A DNA stretch of 64,000 nucleotides from a virus (lineage: Duplodnaviria > Caudoviricetes): the IMG/VR virus record IMGVR_UViG_3300014204_000120, positions 32,001 to 96,000 of that record. One strand, written 5' to 3'. Shown piece after piece: positions 9,610 through 16,995 of this stretch. Under the pieces are notes generated by a model. That model made no database searches. It had not been told where the DNA came from and was given only the letters and a program-made list of their open reading frames with translations. Positions within the stretch are counted from its first letter, which is position 1. Every line of letters begins with the position of its first letter. A program made the translations under genes and the position numbers.

Positions 9610-9638
9610 AATATAACATCTTCTTTTTTATAAATCAA
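9610..9638 (-). promoter_or_regulatory. sigma70-type promoter for the scaffold RNA/array
   Basis: TTGATT (9638-9633), 17 nt, TATATT (9615-9610) with extended -10 TG; overlaps the nuclease stop codon. Confidence 0.7.
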
Positions 9639-10917
9639 TGTTTGTTGAATTTGCAATATTAATAGCAGCATTTAAATCAGCGTTAATTTCATTGTTACAG
9701 TGTTTACATATAAACTTATCTTGAGAAAGACGATTATCTTTATCCACATATCCGCATTTAGAGCATGTTTGACTGGTATAAGCCGCTTTGATTGTAACAA
9801 CTTTTACGCCTTCTTTTTCAGCTTTATAAGTTATCATGCTTTGTAGTTGATAATATGGCCAGTGCATGAGAAGCATTGGTTTATTTTTAGAGATACCTGA
9901 TAGATTTTCAATTTTAATAATACCAGCATTGTTTTTGATTGCATAATTAATGATTTGTTTGCTAATGAAGTGATTATAACTGGTATGGAAATTAGATATA
10001 TTATTTCTTAGTCTATTTAGATTTTTCAGTTTCTTTTTTCTACCATGCCCTCCGCCAGCTCTGGCTATGCTTTTTTGTAATGATTTTCTGCGGTTATATA
10101 ATTGTATAGATGTTTTAATGTAATCTTCTTTGTTTCCAATAAAAATAGGATTTTCAGAGTTTTGTAAAGCACAAACGGCAGGATTAACCATACCTAAATC
10201 TACACCAACAACAATGTTTGAATCTAAATTATGTTCTTTAATTTTTTCAGATATAACTAGATTAAAAAATAAATCATTGTCTTTGAGTTGAATAGTAGAT
10301 GCACATGTTTTAATTTGAGAAATGTCATTAATATTTTCGTTTTCAATAATTTTATCAACAGTGTGTTTAATATTGGCAGGATCTTTACCAAATAATATAC
10401 CAAATTTTATAATTTCACCTTTTTTTATGTGCCAATTAAAATAATACTTATCATTTGTTTTTTCTAATTTAATAGATATTTGCGTTACTGGTAATGGCAT
10501 ATTTGCTTTAAATGAAGTTATTGATTTTTTTCCAATTTTAATTTCTCTAAAGTCACTTTTATATTTTTTATATACTGATGTTTTTAGTGTATTGGTTATA
10601 CTGGGTGGTAAATTAGGATACTTAGCTTTGACGTCGTGTTCGAATTGGGCTTCATCTTTAATACCAAAATGTTCAAAGAATTTTTCGCGTATTTTATTAA
10701 CTTCGTCTTTATCTTTTATATCAACATCATGTCGTGCTAATAATCGCTCCATCCATTGTTCATTAAATATAATTCCACCAATTATATAATTAGCAGCTCT
10801 AAACGAGTCATTAAATAATTGATATAATCGTTTCCATTGGGCATCCTTTTCCTCTTTAGAATCAGTTGCAACAAACAGTTTTAGTTTTAATACTCTGGTA
10901 TGCATTCCTTCAGTCAT
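9628..10917 (-). CDS. cas12f: Cas12f/TnpB-family RNA-guided nuclease (C2c10/AsCas12f1-like), about 429 aa, catalytic residues intact
   Basis: RuvC-I VGVDLG, RuvC-II IKIENL, Zn finger CSKC...CKHC, RuvC-III NADLNAA, and the GGHGRKKK motif as in AsCas12f1. ATG at 10917 follows RBS GAAAGGA (track start 10932). Adjacent to the array. Confidence 0.85.
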   Translation of the reverse strand: MTEGMHTRVLKLKLFVATDSKEEKDAQWKRLYQLFNDSFRAANYIIGGIIFNEQWMERLLARHDVDIKDKDEVNKIREKFFEHFGIKDEAQFEHDVKAKYPNLPPSITNTLKTSVYKKYKSDFREIKIGKKSITSFKANMPLPVTQISIKLEKTNDKYYFNWHIKKGEIIKFGILFGKDPANIKHTVDKIIENENINDISQIKTCASTIQLKDNDLFFNLVISEKIKEHNLDSNIVVGVDLGMVNPAVCALQNSENPIFIGNKEDYIKTSIQLYNRRKSLQKSIARAGGGHGRKKKLKNLNRLRNNISNFHTSYNHFISKQIINYAIKNNAGIIKIENLSGISKNKPMLLMHWPYYQLQSMITYKAEKEGVKVVTIKAAYTSQTCSKCGYVDKDNRLSQDKFICKHCNNEINADLNAAINIANSTNIDL

Positions 10918-10946
10918 AATATATCCTTTCAATAAATGTTAATATT

Positions 10947-10965
10947 AATATAACATTTTCTTTTT
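10947..10965 (-). promoter_or_regulatory. Extended -10 promoter of the nuclease gene
   Basis: AAAAGAAAATGTTATATT, same motif as at 9610, 30100 and 37960. Confidence 0.55.
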
Positions 10966-11083
10966 AAGAAGTTGTTTAATATTTCAAAAATATAAATACT
11001 TAGTGAGTTTATTCAAAGATATTTTAAATAATTCTTAGTTTAAGACTTTATAGAATATAATCATATCACATTGTTAAATCCGT

Positions 11084-11091
11084 TATAAATA
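11084..11091 (+). promoter_or_regulatory. T4-type late promoter (second copy at 10991)
   Basis: Exact TATAAATA 27 nt before the ATG, with RBS AGGAG. Confidence 0.75.
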
Positions 11092-11117
11092 CGTATATAG
11101 TTGTATAGGAGAAGTAA

Positions 11118-13493
11118 ATGTCAAAGTATTATGTAAAAATTAGTAATGCGTATGTATCAACAGGATTAGGAAGCACGTTTTCCCCGTTTACGTTTACACA
11201 GTTTGTAGACAGGTTATCATCAACTACGGTTTCTGATGAGTATTATGTTTCTGGAACGAGGATAATCAACACAGATTTATTAATGACAATTAGTGGTGCT
11301 ACATGTGTAATCAGTGCTTGGGGAGAGGATCCATATTACATTGTAGGTAATAGTGCTGATATATATTTTGCTATTGGGTCAAACAGTTTAAACATATATG
11401 ATATGATATTGGGATGCACATTATCAACAACGACTGAAGTTTTATTTGATTCGACTGAGGATGAAGCTAGGTCACAGAATTTAGTTATAGATAATTGTTA
11501 TATAAATTTAACTACGTATAATATTGGTTTTGAGGATTTTAATAGTGTAATAGTACGGAATTCTAATTTAGTTGCAGATAAAATAATAGGTCAGAACATA
11601 GTTAGTATGTCGTTTGTTAATGATATATTTGATGTTAGTGATATAGATTGTACAGAAGATAATGATGTTGATGTATTCACTTTGGATAATTGTGCGTTTA
11701 CAAGTGCTACGGCTGGATTTACAACGGATGATACAGATTGGACTAATGTACAGGAATTATGGGCAAGACCAGATGATATATTTAATGCAAGTGTTTCAGC
11801 AATTTCAGCTGATAGTTTTCATTATTTAAGTGCTGATTTTGGAACAATTACAATAAGTGGAGATACTGATTATACAAACACATGGTATAATGGAAGACGA
11901 GATGGTATAGGAAGTTTATATTTTCCAGCATTAAGTGGTGTAAGTGTTTCAGCATCGTTAGTATCAGCTGCACCAAATACAACCATTAGTTTTGTTTTGA
12001 GTGGTAATAATCCTTTTACAGTTTTTAGTGCAACGAGTGCTACATATTATTTTGATGATGAAAATACGTCCGCGGTAAATACAAATAGTACATTAGCGCA
12101 TATATATTCGGCTACAGATTATTATAATACTAGTGCTGTTATGATTTCTAAAAATAGTTGGTATACAGTTACAACACCAGTCCAAGTTATATTAGTAGGA
12201 GCATTTACAGTTATAATAAAGGTATATGATGCTTTTGGAAATGATAAGACTGGTGGAGTATTAAGACCTTTATCATATGTATCAGTTTCAGCAAGTGCTA
12301 ATGGATATGATGGTATAGATAGTTATGTATGGGATTTTGGAGATGCTACTGGTAGTGTTCCAGTTTCAGGTATAACTAATCCTGATAATACATATTATAT
12401 TGGATTAGGAATGAAGACTATATCTTTAACTGCTCATGCTGTAGAAGAAACATTCTCTGCAACAGCAAATACAACATTAGGAATATCAGCTTTAACAAGT
12501 GCTTATTATGTTAATATAACTTCAGCTTATGATGCTAATACTGGTAATATAGGAACATTAGCTGATCCATATAATTGGGATGAATTTAAAACTAGAGTTG
12601 AATCGTTTGTAAGTGCAGATTATAGTGATACATATTATTTAAGTGGAAGTAGAAAATTAACACAACCTACAACAGGTCAAAATGTATTAGCTATAAATTC
12701 GTTGAAAAATTTAACTATTGACTGTTGGGAGAATTCAGCAACGCATGGAGCTCCTTGGTTGCTTGAAATAGAAGACTGGACAACGACAAATGCTAATTCG
12801 ATATTATCGGCAGTCGGAACAACATTAAAGAATGGTATAATTTATAATAAGAGATATATTTCTCCTGGTTATGGTGGAACATTAAAGATAACTAATGTAT
12901 ATGATATGTTTATAGTTTATCAAGGTACATATGCTGGAATAGAAATAGACCCTTGGAACTTTGTATTATATTGTGGTGGTACATGTGGTGTAGTAATGCC
13001 AAGTGCGGATTCAAATATTATAGGAAGTACTTTATATTTAAGTGGAAATGGATTTACTGATAATTTTGTTGTAGGAGATTATTCAGAAATATATTTACCA
13101 GCGACTCAACAAACAGGATATAATTTAGATTTAATAGATTCTGTTTTTGTTAATTTAGATTTAGAAGATTCTAATTATTTCAGTGCTGCTGATGTATATA
13201 TTAGAAATAGTACTTTTAATAGAGCTTCTAGTGCTATTGAAGCAGATTTTGATATATCAGCTAATGATGATAGTCAGTTTGGTTGGTCTCCACCCGTTAG
13301 TTATCCGTTTACACCAAGTCATAGGTTATATGATAAAAATATAGAGTATGTGATATTAAAGAAGGGAGACTTAGTACCGTTTAGTGATATTGATATGCCG
13401 CCTAATCCGGGCTATGGAGCTTCGGCATATTCTGAATATGATACTGGCTTGTGGGGTTATGCTAGAAATCAATATAATACAAGTGCGAGTTAA
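11118..13493 (+). CDS. Virion (baseplate/fibre-associated) protein with beta-helix-like modules and PKD domains
   Basis: Acidic, S/T-rich; SYVWDFGD PKD motif; two YYV...G.GT..DP(F/Y) modules; late promoter. Confidence 0.65.
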   Translation: MSKYYVKISNAYVSTGLGSTFSPFTFTQFVDRLSSTTVSDEYYVSGTRIINTDLLMTISGATCVISAWGEDPYYIVGNSADIYFAIGSNSLNIYDMILGCTLSTTTEVLFDSTEDEARSQNLVIDNCYINLTTYNIGFEDFNSVIVRNSNLVADKIIGQNIVSMSFVNDIFDVSDIDCTEDNDVDVFTLDNCAFTSATAGFTTDDTDWTNVQELWARPDDIFNASVSAISADSFHYLSADFGTITISGDTDYTNTWYNGRRDGIGSLYFPALSGVSVSASLVSAAPNTTISFVLSGNNPFTVFSATSATYYFDDENTSAVNTNSTLAHIYSATDYYNTSAVMISKNSWYTVTTPVQVILVGAFTVIIKVYDAFGNDKTGGVLRPLSYVSVSASANGYDGIDSYVWDFGDATGSVPVSGITNPDNTYYIGLGMKTISLTAHAVEETFSATANTTLGISALTSAYYVNITSAYDANTGNIGTLADPYNWDEFKTRVESFVSADYSDTYYLSGSRKLTQPTTGQNVLAINSLKNLTIDCWENSATHGAPWLLEIEDWTTTNANSILSAVGTTLKNGIIYNKRYISPGYGGTLKITNVYDMFIVYQGTYAGIEIDPWNFVLYCGGTCGVVMPSADSNIIGSTLYLSGNGFTDNFVVGDYSEIYLPATQQTGYNLDLIDSVFVNLDLEDSNYFSAADVYIRNSTFNRASSAIEADFDISANDDSQFGWSPPVSYPFTPSHRLYDKNIEYVILKKGDLVPFSDIDMPPNPGYGASAYSEYDTGLWGYARNQYNTSAS
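11428..11459 (+). other. Protospacer matching array spacer 9071-9102 (31/32)
   Basis: CAACGACTGAAGTTTTATTTGATTCGACTGAG vs reverse complement of the spacer CAACGACTGAAGTTTTATTTGATTCAACTGAG. Confidence 0.95.
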
Positions 13494-13496
13494 TAT

Positions 13497-14069
13497 ATGA
13501 ATTATTTAATGTTATGGAAAGGTAAAAATCCAACTAATAGATTAGATTATATTAAATCAGTTTTAGATAAAGTTACGGATGAAGATACTATAACAATTGT
13601 ATCAGATAACAAGTTTCTACGTAATAAGAAGATACATTGGAAAAGCATAAATACTGTAGAAGAAGATTTATATAAAGACCATCCTTATTTAAAAAGTATC
13701 ATATTACAGGCAAGTTCGGTTAGATGGTCTGATATATTAAGATTTTATTTACTAGGGCAAATAACTAATACTTTATATGTAGATACTGATATAGAGTTAA
13801 TACAGAGACCGATATTTGATGATTTAGAGCATCCATATTTAATAAAGTATAATCGTAGATATTGGGATTTGAGTATGATGTATAACGGTAATAATACTGG
13901 TTTTTTTAAGGATTTTTTAAAATTGTTAGAGCCAATAATACAAAGAAGACCTGAAAGATTAAATGAATATGTATATTTTTTTACTTATCTAAATAGGTGG
14001 ATAAGTAAGAATAAGGTAAATGAAATAGATTCTAAGATATATAATCATTATGAATTAAGAGGAAAATAA
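13497..14069 (+). CDS. DXD glycosyltransferase (GT32/capsular synthesis-like)
   Basis: WSDILRFYLL...LYVDTDI. Confidence 0.65.
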   Translation: MNYLMLWKGKNPTNRLDYIKSVLDKVTDEDTITIVSDNKFLRNKKIHWKSINTVEEDLYKDHPYLKSIILQASSVRWSDILRFYLLGQITNTLYVDTDIELIQRPIFDDLEHPYLIKYNRRYWDLSMMYNGNNTGFFKDFLKLLEPIIQRRPERLNEYVYFFTYLNRWISKNKVNEIDSKIYNHYELRGK

Positions 14070-16985
14070 ATGGCTGATACTTTTTATGTAGATTTTGATT
14101 TAAGTACGAGTGGAAACATTGGTACTTCTGGTGATCCTTTTAACTGGGATGATATGGTTTATTGTTTGGAAAATAGTATTTCAGCTGATAGTAATTTTTA
14201 TTGTAAAGGTAGTCAAGTTGGTGGGGGTGTTGCAGTAGATAATGCTGGCGGTGAATTAGTAAAGTTATTAGGTTGGGGTGATGAAGTATGGAGATTAAGT
14301 GGCACTAATTGGAGTTTTAATATAGTTGATGCTATTTATTTTGATAATGCTATACTTTATGATGTTGGTATGAATGCTATTGGTAATATTAGTAATTGTT
14401 TTATTTTTAACGGATTATTTATTATTTTATATGATAATAGCAAGAATACTTTTGTTTTAACTAAAACATTATCTGATATCTCTGAATATGATTATGGTTG
14501 TTTAAATGCATGTGTTTATGTAGAGAATAGTGAAACATTAATAGATAATACACATGGAGGTAATAGTGCCGTTGATTGTATTACAAACAGTTTAACTTTT
14601 TCTGGGGCATTTTCAGATCATAGTGATGGTGGTGGAAACATACTAAATGCTGATATGGGATATATACCTCATTTTACTGAAACTAATTTAGAAAAGTTTA
14701 ATTTGGGATGGGGAGAATATGGTGTTGGTTTAACATGGGCAGAACCATTTTCAGGATATTATATTGATTTTAGTGAATCTACAAGCGGTCACGCAGGAAC
14801 AATATTTGATCCTTTTAATTATGATGATTTTATAGATTCACTATCAGGAACTAATAGAACTTATAAAGCTAAAGGTTCATATGAATCACCATCAAATGTT
14901 AGTATATTGATTACTTCAGCTGTTAGTATTAGCGCATGGGATGTATATAATTATGGACCTTGGAGATTAAAATCTACATATGCTGTTATTGATATTAGTA
15001 ATTCAGCATCAGATATAAACGATTGTATTTTAGCAGGAGATTATACTGGTTATATTGCTATTCCAAATTGTAATAATGTATATATTATTGATGCATGGTC
15101 TGTAGAATTGAATGGAAATGAAATGACAAATGTAGTTTTTGGTCCAGAATATATGTTTATATTTGGTAGTATAAGTAATACTAATTTTATATTTAATAAT
15201 TGTCTTTTTGCTTTATCAGGAAGACCTACTGATGGATATGGTCAACTTGTACCTAATAACGGAAGTATAGTAAATAATTCGGCAACATTCAATGATTGTT
15301 ATACAACTGAAGATGAATTATCTGGTTTATGTAGAACTGCAGACGTAACAACTATTGTTGATAATGGAATAAATTATAGTGTTTCAGCTAATAATACACC
15401 AAATCCTCCTAACTGGGAAGATATTAATTTAGCAAACTTTAATGCAATTGCTGAAAATCAAATTGTTTCGTGGGCTACTAATAGAACATTTTATTTTAAT
15501 ATTAATAATGTTTATTCAGCAACTGATGGTTCTGGATTAACAACAGATCCTTGGTCCATAGAACAGTTTCAAGAATTTATGCGTTATACATATGGTGCTA
15601 ATGGAGTAAGCGGTCAAACTTTTGTTAGAGATTATGATACTTTAAAAGTTAAAGGTTCATATGAAGCTCCTTCAGATGTGATATTTTTACCATATTGGTT
15701 AAATGATGAATATCGGTCAAGCGCTGTTACAATAGAAGCATGGGAACCAACTATTAATGGACATTGGAAGGTTAGACCTATAAACGCATTGGATGTATCA
15801 GATTTTAGCATATATGATATTAATCAAGGTAGACCTGTAAGTTTAATCATTAAAGATGGAGTAATTCAAAATTTATATGTTAAAACACATGCCGGCCCTA
15901 TATCATTAAACGACTATGCAACAACATTACCGCCTTATGGATTAGTTGATTATCAATTTAAGAATTGTATATTAAGTGGAGATACTTGGTTTGATAATAC
16001 TATTAATTCTGCTACTTCAGCAAATAATTATGATATGTTTAATGGTTGTACTTTTGTTGATGGAACTTTCTATCTTAAAGACCAAATTTATACAACTTGT
16101 GCCGGATATACTGGTATAATAGAGGATTCAACAGTTTTTGAAAAATTAGAATTTAATGATTGCGTGGCTTTGAATACATTATTTGATTTAACAGATATTT
16201 CTACTTCTGGATTATATATGCCGCCTAAAGATTTAATAACATTTAATTATTGTGAATTTTCTGGAACATCGGCACAGAGCATAGAATATAGTGCGGCATA
16301 TGATGATGTAACATTAAGTGCATGTAATTTTGAAATAACTCCTTCGGTTACTTTTCCATTATATGATGATATAACAGTAAATAATCAAGACTCATTAGAT
16401 TATAGATTATATGGTTTAACAAAAACTAAAGAAACGCGTGAAGATACATGGATAGCGGATGATTATAATGAAGGTTATATGGATTCTTCACGTAAAGCAG
16501 CCGGATCATTTTCATTTGCTCATATTAGTTATTTAGGTCATATTGGTGCATTTTATTTCGGGCCTGTTAGTGAAACGATAAATGTAGGAACTTTAGAAAT
16601 ATCAGCGGTTTTATTACAACCAACAATTTCAACAGTTAATGCAATTTCAGCAACAGTAGTTCCGACACAATTAACAGTAAGATATACTTTATTACAACCA
16701 ACAATATATGCTACACAAGATTTAGAAATTGATTTTGTAGGGGTTCCGGTTTCTGGTCCTGTTCCATTAATAGTTGAATTTACTGCATATATTAATTTTT
16801 CTGCGGAGTTAAAGAATAAATATAAGGTAAAAGAGTATAGATGGTGCTTCAACTACGACTACGATAATAATACTTGTTTAGAAGATTGGGTTATTACTAC
16901 AGCAAATCCAACGACTCATATATATAAAGGCCATGCGGGTCAAAAATTTAGTGTTAAAGCTTGTGTAACACTTGAATTATTATAA
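14070..16985 (+). CDS. Virion protein with three beta-helix-like modules and C-terminal PKD-like domain
   Basis: Three F/YY.D...G.GT..DP(F/W) modules; C-terminal PVSGPVPLIVEF...YRWCF...NPTTHIY. Confidence 0.6.
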   Translation: MADTFYVDFDLSTSGNIGTSGDPFNWDDMVYCLENSISADSNFYCKGSQVGGGVAVDNAGGELVKLLGWGDEVWRLSGTNWSFNIVDAIYFDNAILYDVGMNAIGNISNCFIFNGLFIILYDNSKNTFVLTKTLSDISEYDYGCLNACVYVENSETLIDNTHGGNSAVDCITNSLTFSGAFSDHSDGGGNILNADMGYIPHFTETNLEKFNLGWGEYGVGLTWAEPFSGYYIDFSESTSGHAGTIFDPFNYDDFIDSLSGTNRTYKAKGSYESPSNVSILITSAVSISAWDVYNYGPWRLKSTYAVIDISNSASDINDCILAGDYTGYIAIPNCNNVYIIDAWSVELNGNEMTNVVFGPEYMFIFGSISNTNFIFNNCLFALSGRPTDGYGQLVPNNGSIVNNSATFNDCYTTEDELSGLCRTADVTTIVDNGINYSVSANNTPNPPNWEDINLANFNAIAENQIVSWATNRTFYFNINNVYSATDGSGLTTDPWSIEQFQEFMRYTYGANGVSGQTFVRDYDTLKVKGSYEAPSDVIFLPYWLNDEYRSSAVTIEAWEPTINGHWKVRPINALDVSDFSIYDINQGRPVSLIIKDGVIQNLYVKTHAGPISLNDYATTLPPYGLVDYQFKNCILSGDTWFDNTINSATSANNYDMFNGCTFVDGTFYLKDQIYTTCAGYTGIIEDSTVFEKLEFNDCVALNTLFDLTDISTSGLYMPPKDLITFNYCEFSGTSAQSIEYSAAYDDVTLSACNFEITPSVTFPLYDDITVNNQDSLDYRLYGLTKTKETREDTWIADDYNEGYMDSSRKAAGSFSFAHISYLGHIGAFYFGPVSETINVGTLEISAVLLQPTISTVNAISATVVPTQLTVRYTLLQPTIYATQDLEIDFVGVPVSGPVPLIVEFTAYINFSAELKNKYKVKEYRWCFNYDYDNNTCLEDWVITTANPTTHIYKGHAGQKFSVKACVTLELL

Positions 16986-16995
16986 GGAAAATGTA

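Noticed and set aside
9628-10932. Plain IS605/IS607 transposon TnpB, or nuclease-dead regulator
   Set aside because: No tnpA or recognisable IS ends nearby, a regular array is adjacent, and the D/E/D catalytic residues are all present.
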